Virus record (IMG/VR): IMGVR_UViG_3300045918_000207
Coordinates: 1-62,073 of that record
Length of the DNA: 62,073 nt
Reading direction: 5' to 3' (one strand)
DNA from: a virus
Taxonomy: Duplodnaviria > Caudoviricetes
The first letter of the stretch is position 1. Every line of letters begins with the position of its first letter. Positions 8,244-17,214 of the stretch are shown piece by piece. A model generated the notes under the pieces. The model was not told the origin of the DNA, did not search any database, and saw nothing but the letters and a program-made list of their open reading frames with translations. Made by a program: the position numbers and the translations under genes.

Positions 8244-9656
8244 ATGCGGGAAAAGAAAGACTTATCACATTTAATATACGCCAAAGTACCCCCAAATGCA
8301 AAAGATTTGGAAGGACAGGTATTGGGTGCAATGATGATGGATAATTCTATTATTGTTACCGTCAAGGAAATATTACAGGTAGAAGATTTTTATATAGAAT
8401 CACATCAAGAAGTTTTTGGGGCTATTTGTGATGTATTTGAATTTGCGCCAGTAGATATAGAAATGGTGGCAGAACGTTTATTGTTTTTAGAACAACTTGA
8501 AAATAGTGGTGGGTTATTTGGTTTAACAAAACTTACCAATAAAGTAGTTTCAACCGCTAATATTAAAAACTATTGCTTAATTATTAAGCAAAAAAGCATA
8601 TCCCGTAAGTTGATAACGTATGCACAAAATATTATTTGGAAGTCTTATGAAGATTCAGAAGATGTTTTTAATGTTTTGGATGAAGCAGGATTTGAGATAA
8701 AAAATATAAATAACATAATTAGTGAACTTAAAATAACACAACTTAGTACAATAGCTATGAGAGTTATTGAAAGGTTTGATACTAAGGTTCACAATGCAAG
8801 AAATAATATAGAATCGGTTAATGAAGTTTATACAGGTATGCCTGAATGGGATGAAATAAACGGTGCGCTTTTTAATGGGTTATATGTGGTAGCAGGTCGC
8901 CCTGCAATGGGTAAGGGCGTACATTTAACAGAACTTGCTTGTAGGATGGGTAAGAAATACGATATAGGAATTATAAACGGTGAAATGAGTAATGAGCAGT
9001 TACTTACACGTATTGGCTGTAACCTTATGAGTATTGATAACTATTTATGGAAGAAAAACCCTGCGTGGGTAACAGATGAAGAATTAGAATTGGTTAAATT
9101 AGCGATGAACGAAACATTGAACTTAAAATTACACATTGATAAGAATAGAAATATAAATAAGATTTCAAACAAAATAAGGTTGTGGGTAGAAAAGTATAAT
9201 GTAAAGTGTGTATTGGTTGATTTCCTAACAATACTTAAAGTAGGCGATGAATTAGGCAAGTATTTTACAGATACACAAAAGGTAAATTATATTTTAGATA
9301 TTCTTGTTTCACTTTGCGAAGAATTAAAAATACCAATTATCCTTTATGTTCAGATGAATAGAGAGATATTAGGTAGGTCGGGAACAAAAGAACCAAACAT
9401 GGGAGATTTGAAACAATCAGGTAGCATTGAAGAACTTGCTTATCAAGTTTCATTCCTTCACCGACCTGAATATTACGAACCCGATAATATTGTAGATGAA
9501 ATGGGAGAAAGCACAAAAGACTTATGCTATCAAATAGTAGCTAAACATAGGGATGGAATGACAAAAAGATTAAAACATAAGGCAGTATTAAAATGTAGTC
9601 AACTTAAAGAATGGAACACAAGTAATTTTACACCAACAAAAGATATGCCTTTTTAA
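8244..9656 (+). CDS. dnaB: Replicative DNA helicase
   Basis: VPP..E..VLG N-domain, AGRPAMGK, VDFL, QMNR, DLKQSGSIEE, AKHRDG. Confidence 0.95.
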   Translation: MREKKDLSHLIYAKVPPNAKDLEGQVLGAMMMDNSIIVTVKEILQVEDFYIESHQEVFGAICDVFEFAPVDIEMVAERLLFLEQLENSGGLFGLTKLTNKVVSTANIKNYCLIIKQKSISRKLITYAQNIIWKSYEDSEDVFNVLDEAGFEIKNINNIISELKITQLSTIAMRVIERFDTKVHNARNNIESVNEVYTGMPEWDEINGALFNGLYVVAGRPAMGKGVHLTELACRMGKKYDIGIINGEMSNEQLLTRIGCNLMSIDNYLWKKNPAWVTDEELELVKLAMNETLNLKLHIDKNRNINKISNKIRLWVEKYNVKCVLVDFLTILKVGDELGKYFTDTQKVNYILDILVSLCEELKIPIILYVQMNREILGRSGTKEPNMGDLKQSGSIEELAYQVSFLHRPEYYEPDNIVDEMGESTKDLCYQIVAKHRDGMTKRLKHKAVLKCSQLKEWNTSNFTPTKDMPF

Positions 9657-9658
9657 TT

Positions 9659-9979
9659 ATGAAAAAATTTAACAACGGTAACGATTGGGATAGTAGGTCT
9701 ATTTCAATTAAAATTGACAATGATGTTATATCATTTTATTTAGAAGATAGGTTAAGATATTTTAGCCAACGGCAACAGTATATTTTAGAAAACGAAATAG
9801 AAGTGGACGATGATGAACCAACAGAACCCGAAACAATGTACTGGATACCGAAAGATGAATGGATAAAAGATAAAACCGAAAGACAAGATAGGGATGATAA
9901 TTGGCATAAGCACATGAAAAGAAAGTCATGGTTCATACAAGAAATGGAAAACTACATCAACCAACAAACTAACCAATGA
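9659..9979 (+). CDS. Hypothetical protein
   Basis: 106-aa ORF; YWIP...NWHKHMKRKSW. Confidence 0.6.
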   Translation: MKKFNNGNDWDSRSISIKIDNDVISFYLEDRLRYFSQRQQYILENEIEVDDDEPTEPETMYWIPKDEWIKDKTERQDRDDNWHKHMKRKSWFIQEMENYINQQTNQ

Positions 9980-10020
9980 CCAAGAAACAAATACAACTAC
10001 TTAATAAATAAAATTAGTAA

Positions 10021-10881
10021 ATGAAGAAAAAATTAGTTATATCATTTTCAGGTGGTCGCACTTCTGCTTATATGCTTTGGTGGTTATTAAATGAATGGGA
10101 GGACAGGCATAATTGGGAGATATTGGTTGTATTTGCTAACACAGGACTTGAAGCAGAAGGAACTTTATTTTTTGTAGACGAATGTAGCCAAGAATGGAAT
10201 ATACCCATTATATGGGTGGAGGCTAAATGTAAAGATGAAAATGGTGTACCTTATTCTGAAAAAGGGTGGTCGGTAAGGCATAAAATAGTAACATACGAAA
10301 CAGCAAGCAGGAACGGTGAGCCATTTGAAGAAATGATTAGTATTTTAGGTATCCCTTCAACAGAAGCACCATTTTGTTCTTATCAACTTAAAAAATTAGG
10401 TATTGAAGATTTTGTAGATAGCGTAGGATGGAAAGATTATTATTTAGCTATTGGAGTAAGATTTGATGAATTATCAAGGATAAACCCAAACAGAGAGAAG
10501 CTTAAAATAATATATCCATTTGCTGAAATATTTCCAGTTGTTAAAAGACAAGTATCTGAATGGTGGGGTAAACAATCTTTTGACTTAAATATTCACGCTG
10601 ATGAAGGTAATTGCATAAACTGTTGGAAAAAAGACTTTCCAAGACTTGCAAGGAACGCAATAAGGATACCCGAAAGTTTTGATTGGTGGAAACGAATGGA
10701 AATACAATATGGTAACTTGAACCCAAGAAATACAGACTTATTACCACCATTTAACTTTTACAGAAACAATAGAGGAACAATAGATATATTTAAGATGGCA
10801 GAATTATCCCAAGCAGAACTGAAACAATTAACAATGTTTGATGTATTAGATGGCTGTCAAGAATCCTGTGAAGTATTTTAA
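10021..10881 (+). CDS. PAPS-reductase-like (adenine nucleotide alpha hydrolase) protein
   Basis: PP-loop SFSGGRTS, FANTG, C..QLK, GNCINCWKK, terminal GCQESCE. Confidence 0.88.
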   Translation: MKKKLVISFSGGRTSAYMLWWLLNEWEDRHNWEILVVFANTGLEAEGTLFFVDECSQEWNIPIIWVEAKCKDENGVPYSEKGWSVRHKIVTYETASRNGEPFEEMISILGIPSTEAPFCSYQLKKLGIEDFVDSVGWKDYYLAIGVRFDELSRINPNREKLKIIYPFAEIFPVVKRQVSEWWGKQSFDLNIHADEGNCINCWKKDFPRLARNAIRIPESFDWWKRMEIQYGNLNPRNTDLLPPFNFYRNNRGTIDIFKMAELSQAELKQLTMFDVLDGCQESCEVF

Positions 10882-10893
10882 AACAAAAACACA

Positions 10894-11031
10894 ATGACCA
10901 AAACCCAAATAAAAAGACTAACCCTACTTAACATTACCCCATCTAAGTATTTTGGTGGATTAAGATATTATAATTATAGGTTACGGGGGAGAATGAAAAA
11001 ATACAGGGAAGTATTAGAAGGTAATTTTTAA
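10894..11031 (+). CDS. Small basic hypothetical protein (45 aa)
   Basis: MTKTQIKRLTLLNITP... with A-rich leader. Confidence 0.45.
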   Translation: MTKTQIKRLTLLNITPSKYFGGLRYYNYRLRGRMKKYREVLEGNF

Positions 11032-11091
11032 GCCTATTTTAATCTATAATTAATCTAAGCATATTTAACTTTACATCCAACAATAAATTTT

Positions 11092-11337
11092 ATGAAAATA
11101 GCATTAAGTGTTTCTTTATTTGTTATTATAGTTTTTTCTTATTTCTATTCAATGTATTGGTGCTTCCAACTTATGGACATTGCTAATACTATATTAAATA
11201 TCATAGGTTTATTGCTTATGGTGTTCCTAACAACATTATTTATTTTATTCATTATCAAAAAAACAAAAAACAGTTATGAAAAAGGCACTTTGCGTTCTAT
11301 CATTGATGGTATTTCTTTATTCATGCACAAGGATTAA
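11092..11337 (+). CDS. Small two-TM membrane protein
   Basis: Two hydrophobic stretches; precedes the SPFH gene. Confidence 0.6.
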   Translation: MKIALSVSLFVIIVFSYFYSMYWCFQLMDIANTILNIIGLLLMVFLTTLFILFIIKKTKNSYEKGTLRSIIDGISLFMHKD

Positions 11338-12133
11338 TCCTACCGAAGCGGGTTTTTCAATTAGTAATTCAGGTAATTATCGTGGGATTGATAGTTTGCC
11401 ATTACTTACGGGTTATCAGTGGTACTTCCCGTTCACTACAAAGATTGTTACTATCCCAACAACACAACAACATATTGTATGGAGTGAGGCAAAGGGAGAA
11501 GGTAAAGCAGAAGGACAGGAAATAACTGTTTCTTGTTTGGGTGGTGCAGGATTTAAAATTGATGTTGGCATGAACTATCGTGTTAATCCATTTAAGGCAT
11601 CTAAGATTTATCTAAAGTATAATACAGACGATCTTGAAAGTATTTCAGAAACGTATTTACGAAATGCAGTTAGAGGTGCAATGCAAGACGTATCTGGCAC
11701 TTTGACCGTAGATAGTATATTAAACAATCTCCCTGCATTTGAACACCAAGTTGCACAAAACCTAAGCGTAAGACTATATCCCGAAGGTTTTATTGTTGAC
11801 CTATTTAACATTTTATCTCAACCACGACCAACCGATGCAGATTTGGCTAAATCAATTAATGCAAAAATTAAAGCAAAGCAAGATGCAGAACGTACAAAGA
11901 TGGAATTACAATCTTCTTTAGCAGAAGCACAAAAAATGATAGCAACTGCAAGGGGTGATAGTTCTTCCCGTATCATTAATGCAATGGCTGATGCAAAAGC
12001 AATCCAAGTAACACAGGCGGCACTTAGTTCTTCACCACAATATGTGGAACTTATTAAAGCCCAAAAATGGAACGGTGTATTACCAACAGTTGTTACAAGT
12101 GGACAGGGAACCTTCCTCCAATTAAAACAATAA
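11276..12133 (+). CDS. SPFH/Band-7 (prohibitin-like) lipoprotein
   Basis: Lipobox-like FLYSC; SINAKIKAKQDAER coiled coil; QKWNGVLP. Confidence 0.9.
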   Translation: MKKALCVLSLMVFLYSCTRINPTEAGFSISNSGNYRGIDSLPLLTGYQWYFPFTTKIVTIPTTQQHIVWSEAKGEGKAEGQEITVSCLGGAGFKIDVGMNYRVNPFKASKIYLKYNTDDLESISETYLRNAVRGAMQDVSGTLTVDSILNNLPAFEHQVAQNLSVRLYPEGFIVDLFNILSQPRPTDADLAKSINAKIKAKQDAERTKMELQSSLAEAQKMIATARGDSSSRIINAMADAKAIQVTQAALSSSPQYVELIKAQKWNGVLPTVVTSGQGTFLQLKQ

Positions 12134-12164
12134 AATAATTAATCTAAACAATAAAAACAAAACA

Positions 12165-12374
12165 ATGACCAAAATAGTAGATTTATCAGACGTATTAACT
12201 ATTGGATTAGAAGATGAATCAATACTTGTTTCTAAGAATGATTATAATTCAGGATGGGTATTAATTGCTCAAACCGATAAAGAAGAACAATGGTTTGATA
12301 TAAAAATAGTACTTAATCCCCCCTACTTAAAAACAGGATACACAATGTATATACTAACTAAACATATTAAATAA
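12165..12374 (+). CDS. Hypothetical protein
   Basis: 69-aa ORF, A-rich leader. Confidence 0.55.
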   Translation: MTKIVDLSDVLTIGLEDESILVSKNDYNSGWVLIAQTDKEEQWFDIKIVLNPPYLKTGYTMYILTKHIK

Positions 12375-12378
12375 GACT

Positions 12379-12831
12379 ATGAGTACAGAAACAGTAGAAC
12401 ATTTAATTGATAGTTGGAGTGATTCTTTATCCGAGCGTATAATTGAAATACGTTTTGTAGATAAATCAGAAATGAAAGCAGCCATGAGTATCCATTTAAA
12501 GTCTGCACTATACGACTGTTTAAAGATTCAGCTACCACAGATTGAAAAGGATTTAATAGAAGCAAAGAGAGAATATGCAGAATATATTTCATTAAAAGGG
12601 TTTAATAAGTCAAACCTACAAGAAAAAATAATTTCTTTAAAAGCCAAACTGAAAGAACAAAATAAGTTGTTTGCATCATTAGATGTTAGCAATATGAATA
12701 AAGAAATGGTTCTTTGGTTTAGGAAAAATAGTGAAGAAAAATTATTAGAATTTTATGATTATTATAATTCTAATTTCAGAACACCACATAGTTTATTAAC
12801 CAATAATAATACAAATGGCAAAAGTTCCTAA
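12379..12831 (+). CDS. Hypothetical coiled-coil protein
   Basis: 150-aa ORF. Confidence 0.6.
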   Translation: MSTETVEHLIDSWSDSLSERIIEIRFVDKSEMKAAMSIHLKSALYDCLKIQLPQIEKDLIEAKREYAEYISLKGFNKSNLQEKIISLKAKLKEQNKLFASLDVSNMNKEMVLWFRKNSEEKLLEFYDYYNSNFRTPHSLLTNNNTNGKSS

Positions 12832-13216
12832 AACATCATTAGAAGCATACCATTCCATTACCAACGAACAATTAGCTAAAGACTATCAAAGGGTAATAGA
12901 TGCTTTAAAAGTATTGGGGGAAGGGTGTATAAATTCCATTGCATTATTTATGAAAGTGGATGATAATAAAATATCCCGCAGAACAAAAGAAATGGTACTA
13001 AAAGGAATCCTATACAAAACAGGTAAACGTATGCAAACAAAAAGTGGAAGATGGGCAGATACATTAGGACTAACAGAGAACATAGGTAAGGATATAAAAC
13101 CCCTACATGAATCTATAATACCTAACGGACAATTAACAGACAGAGTAAAGAAAAACGAACCTTCCGTTGAAAGTCATGCAAAAAATATCATAGATTTACA
13201 AACAACTTTATTCTAA
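12815..13216 (+). CDS. Winged-HTH DNA-binding protein
   Basis: SLEAY...ISRRTKEMVLKGILYKTG...TKSGRWA. Confidence 0.65.
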   Translation: MAKVPKTSLEAYHSITNEQLAKDYQRVIDALKVLGEGCINSIALFMKVDDNKISRRTKEMVLKGILYKTGKRMQTKSGRWADTLGLTENIGKDIKPLHESIIPNGQLTDRVKKNEPSVESHAKNIIDLQTTLF

Positions 13217-13229
13217 ATAAAAACAATAT

Positions 13230-13529
13230 ATGGAAATAAAATTTCAATTTAAGCCCTTTGGTAGAAAGCTGCTTATCGAAAAAACGGGTAAATTAAACCT
13301 TACAGAAGGTAGTAGCATTATACAAGCTGAAAGTATAAATGTGCCATTAACGGGTATTGTTATTGAAGCAGGGGATGGTGAGTGGAATGAAATGAGTGGG
13401 CAATGGATGGAAACAAAAATAAAGGTTGGCGAAAGGGTGTTGTTTTTAGAAAGTGCGGTAGCTGATATTAGAAGTCATGGTAAAGACCTGTTTTTGCTTC
13501 AAGAAAATGCCGTATTAGGCACATATTAA
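13230..13529 (+). CDS. groES: GroES-like co-chaperonin
   Basis: FKPFGRKLLIEK...GIVIEAGDG...IKVGERVLF...LLQENAVLG. Confidence 0.88.
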   Translation: MEIKFQFKPFGRKLLIEKTGKLNLTEGSSIIQAESINVPLTGIVIEAGDGEWNEMSGQWMETKIKVGERVLFLESAVADIRSHGKDLFLLQENAVLGTY

Positions 13530-13530
13530 T

Positions 13531-14364
13531 ATGATACCACAACACATTGATAATTACTTACTTACGTTAGATACTAAATATACGGAAGAAATATTTTTAG
13601 AGGGAGGATTGAAACTTTACATAGACCCGTCATTTAGACCTGAATGGAATTGTACGGTAGTCGGAACAGTAGCTTCTATACCTAAAAATAACACAGGGGC
13701 AATAAATATAGGGGATACTGTATTGTTTAGTTATACGGTAGTTGGGCAACGTGATTTTTCGGGTATTGGTCATGTATTTCACTCTATGTTTGATAAGTAT
13801 AATGACGATTTTCAGAGGTTTTCAAATGGTCGTGGTGAAATGATAACTATTGTTGCTTTTACGGGGGTAATTAGTAAAATTTACGCATGTTGTCATTTAG
13901 ACGAAAGGGGACGATTGATAGGAGAAGGTATGCAGGGGAGTTTTTCACAAATGGAAAGATGGAAAAGCCAGTTTACATTTGATAGTGGGGGTGCATATAA
14001 GTATAAAAACCTGCTTCCTATAAACTCAAAGGATTATTGGATATGTAGACCAACGGAGATATTTGCTAAGATAGTTGATGGAGAATTACAGTCAGTAGGC
14101 GATAGGGTAATTATGCAGCCGCTTGAAACTGAATTGCCATCGGAAATATATTCTCAAATGGGGCTTGCTGTACCAAATTCATCGGTATCAGTTAGATATT
14201 ACGATAGGGCTATTGTTTTATCGTTTGGTGAATCAAAACACATCCATAATGGTCAAATAGTAGCCTTTGACCAAAAATACCTTGAAAAATACGAATACAA
14301 TAGCAAGCAATACTTTCTTATTAAGAAAAAAAGGATTTTAGGAGAGTATAAAAAAATATCTTAA
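13531..14364 (+). CDS. Tandem GroES-like protein
   Basis: GTVASIP...INIGDTVLF and VGDRVIMQP...GQIVAF...FLIKKKRILG. Confidence 0.65.
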   Translation: MIPQHIDNYLLTLDTKYTEEIFLEGGLKLYIDPSFRPEWNCTVVGTVASIPKNNTGAINIGDTVLFSYTVVGQRDFSGIGHVFHSMFDKYNDDFQRFSNGRGEMITIVAFTGVISKIYACCHLDERGRLIGEGMQGSFSQMERWKSQFTFDSGGAYKYKNLLPINSKDYWICRPTEIFAKIVDGELQSVGDRVIMQPLETELPSEIYSQMGLAVPNSSVSVRYYDRAIVLSFGESKHIHNGQIVAFDQKYLEKYEYNSKQYFLIKKKRILGEYKKIS

Positions 14365-14463
14365 ATTAGCATATCACAAGCCAACAGCGTAATTGCGCAA
14401 CGATGTTGGTTTTTTAGGAAACCTTAAAAGGTAGGTAATGGCGCAATCATTATCTGCCTTTTT
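14362..14463 (+). promoter_or_regulatory. Promoter-like element plus double-hairpin leader of the HNH gene
   Basis: TAAATTAG 14362-14369; hairpins 14379-14411 and 14426-14462, both with GCGCAA in the loop. Confidence 0.55.
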
Positions 14464-14468
14464 ATTTT

Positions 14469-15116
14469 ATGAAAAAAAACGTATCAGATGGCGATGTTTT
14501 TCACCGATTAACTATTATTTCTAAAAGCCAAACAAAAAAATATCATTGGAATTGTTTGTGTATTTGTGGTAAAGAATGTGTTGTAGCCACAACTAATTTA
14601 ATAAGAGATAGAACAAGGTCTTGCGGGTGCTATCATTCTGACCAAACAAAATTATCAAATACAAAACATGGGTGTTGTAGAAGATTAGAAGAAAGGACTT
14701 CGGAGTATACGGCATGGTGCAAAATGAAAGAAAGGTGTTATAATATAAACATATATGGGTACAAAAATTATGGTGGGAGAGGTGTCAAAGTTTGCGATAG
14801 GTGGTTGGAATGTTTTGATAATTTTTTAGAGGATATGGGAAAAAGACCGTCACCCAAACACAGTTTGGATAGATTCCCTGACATAAATGGGAATTATGAG
14901 CCAAGTAATTGCAGATGGGGTACTAAATTTGAACAAGACAGGGGTATGAGAAGGAATAAGTGGTATGAATATAATGGAATTAAAATGGTACAAATAGATT
15001 GGGCAAGATACTTAAACATTAGCCAACCTAAAATATGGGTATTGTTAAAGACAAAAACAATTGGTGAAATATATGAACATTATCTAAAAGAAGGAAAATT
15101 TACAGAAAAACGGTAA
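14469..15116 (+). CDS. HNH homing-endonuclease-like protein
   Basis: WNCLCICG..RSCGC, YGGRGVKVCDRW, SLDR..NGNYEPSNCRW. Confidence 0.9.
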   Translation: MKKNVSDGDVFHRLTIISKSQTKKYHWNCLCICGKECVVATTNLIRDRTRSCGCYHSDQTKLSNTKHGCCRRLEERTSEYTAWCKMKERCYNINIYGYKNYGGRGVKVCDRWLECFDNFLEDMGKRPSPKHSLDRFPDINGNYEPSNCRWGTKFEQDRGMRRNKWYEYNGIKMVQIDWARYLNISQPKIWVLLKTKTIGEIYEHYLKEGKFTEKR

Positions 15117-15158
15117 GTGTTTAATTTTTTGGTATATTTATGCCAAATTGTTACATAA

Positions 15159-15809
15159 ATGGCTTGGACTGTAAAGACTATTTTTGATTTCATGGACTTT
15201 CAGATACGAAAGCAGGTCGGGTCGTTCATTACGATTCAAGAAGGGATGGACGCATTAGACCATGCACAGCTTGAAAAAATGGAGGATGACTTCAAAATTT
15301 ACGGCATTAATCAAATAATCCACGATAGTTTAAAACCTTTTAAAATAATTCAGTACCAATTTACGAGTGCATCTGACGGAAGCGTTTCATTCCCAAGCAA
15401 TTACGTTCACTTTCTTGACGGGGCATTTACAGTTTACGGTTCTACGGTAAATCAAATAAACTTTATAAACGGGGATGAAAAGGCAAAGGTTTTAACTAAT
15501 CAACTTCGTGCCATAAGCCTTTCAAATCCAGTAGCAGAAGATAATTCAACAGGGTTTCAGCTATACCCACAATCAACCCAAACAGGATTTTATAACTATT
15601 TGCGTAGACCCGCAGTTCCAGTATATGCCTATACGCAAGTGGGTAGGGTTATCACATACGATTCAAATAACAGCACTCAACTTGAATGGCAGGATAACTA
15701 TATAGACAATATTATCGCAAGGGCTATGGCTTATTTAGGCATAAATCTTTCTGAAAATGAGGTTGTGCAGTTCTCCCAATTAAAACAACAGCAAACTAAT
15801 TCACAATGA
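15159..15809 (+). CDS. Tail ring/adaptor protein (crAss-like)
   Basis: NYLRRP..P.YAY...QLEW...IIARAMAYLGINL; first gene of tail module. Confidence 0.65.
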   Translation: MAWTVKTIFDFMDFQIRKQVGSFITIQEGMDALDHAQLEKMEDDFKIYGINQIIHDSLKPFKIIQYQFTSASDGSVSFPSNYVHFLDGAFTVYGSTVNQINFINGDEKAKVLTNQLRAISLSNPVAEDNSTGFQLYPQSTQTGFYNYLRRPAVPVYAYTQVGRVITYDSNNSTQLEWQDNYIDNIIARAMAYLGINLSENEVVQFSQLKQQQTNSQ

Positions 15810-16438
15810 GCCTTACTAAAAGATTAGCGAGCGACCAAGTTTTATATCGTCTATATGGTGGTAATCCTGATAGTGCAGCCCCCGTACAAGAGCAAGACGT
15901 ACAAAAGGCGTTAGAACAGAAAATTAATTCAAAATTTAGAGTAAGACAGCTTGAAAATATGCAAATGGGAGAAACTATCCCTGATGGGCTTTGCTTTGCT
16001 ACTTATACAGGAGTAGCAGTAACGGCTGATGGAGATAGAAGTAAATCGGTATTGCCAGTTATGCCAATTTCCTTGCCACGAAACATGGGTGTTTTCGATA
16101 TTCGGTATAACGATAACAGCTTTATTCCCCTGCAAGTTGGACAAAGAAGTTTGCTTAAAACCGACACCCTTTTAAATAATTTACTTAATCAGGTCGGTTA
16201 TGAGCCAAAAGGGAAAACAGTTTATTATACTCAAAATATTGCTTTATTAGGTTGGACTACGGTAGACATGGATTTAATTGTTTCTGATTTATCAGTATTA
16301 AGTGATACCGACCCATTGCCCATTCCCGCCTCTTACGAGGAGGAGTTAATAAATGAGTTGGTAGCACAGTTTATTACAGTTCAGCCTGAATCAGCAACGG
16401 TAAACGCATTTACAACCGCTAATCAACAAACTAAATGA
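15806..16438 (+). CDS. Putative tail ring protein
   Basis: LPVMPISLP..G; PLPIPA.YEEELI; ATGA-coupled. Confidence 0.55.
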   Translation: MSLTKRLASDQVLYRLYGGNPDSAAPVQEQDVQKALEQKINSKFRVRQLENMQMGETIPDGLCFATYTGVAVTADGDRSKSVLPVMPISLPRNMGVFDIRYNDNSFIPLQVGQRSLLKTDTLLNNLLNQVGYEPKGKTVYYTQNIALLGWTTVDMDLIVSDLSVLSDTDPLPIPASYEEELINELVAQFITVQPESATVNAFTTANQQTK

Positions 16439-17214
16439 CACTATATACTTTAGATTTTTCGGTTCGCAATTACTTGTTAAAAAACGGGTACAGCTTACAT
16501 TGGTATATGCAAGCCCTTTTACATGCAGTTGACTGCCTTGCGGATTTGCATATAGATGATTTACACGTTGTACAAACAAGAATATTGCCCGTAAACGATT
16601 ATAATGCTTGCGACCTTCCCGAAACATTTACACAAGAAGTGGGGGTGTTTATAAAATCAGGGGATAAATTACAACCACTAACACAAGACGATAGTATTAA
16701 TCCATTGAACAACTACGATAGTGATTTTGCTATTACAAGGTGGGATAACCCAACAACAACAGATAGTACAGACCAATCAGTAGTACAGATAAGTGGGTTG
16801 CTAAATACGTGGTGGTATGGATTCAGTCCGTATGACAGTTTAGGTGAGCCAACGGGAAGATTTTTTGGTATAGGCAATCCCACAAATAAGACGTATAAAA
16901 TTATAAAAGAAAGAAATCAGATTCAGTTAAGCGAAAGTATGTCAACGCCTGAAATAGTTTTGCAATGGATTGACGATGGAAGAAATTCTGATGCCGTTAC
17001 AAGCGTAGAACCGTTTGCATTACCTGTAATTAATCAGTATATAAAATACGGGTTAAAGAATTGCAATAGAACTTATAGCCGTAGCGAAGTTGAATATGAA
17101 TATCAAAAATATATTCAACAAAGAAAGATACTTCGTTCCCGTAAAAGTGATTTGACAATAACAGCACTAAGGCAAATAATTTATCGTAACACCCGTTTAA
17201 GCGCAAGTAAATAG
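16435..17214 (+). CDS. Putative tail ring protein
   Basis: ATGA-coupled, precedes nozzle; IQL..IVLQWIDDG. Confidence 0.55.
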   Translation: MTLYTLDFSVRNYLLKNGYSLHWYMQALLHAVDCLADLHIDDLHVVQTRILPVNDYNACDLPETFTQEVGVFIKSGDKLQPLTQDDSINPLNNYDSDFAITRWDNPTTTDSTDQSVVQISGLLNTWWYGFSPYDSLGEPTGRFFGIGNPTNKTYKIIKERNQIQLSESMSTPEIVLQWIDDGRNSDAVTSVEPFALPVINQYIKYGLKNCNRTYSRSEVEYEYQKYIQQRKILRSRKSDLTITALRQIIYRNTRLSASK

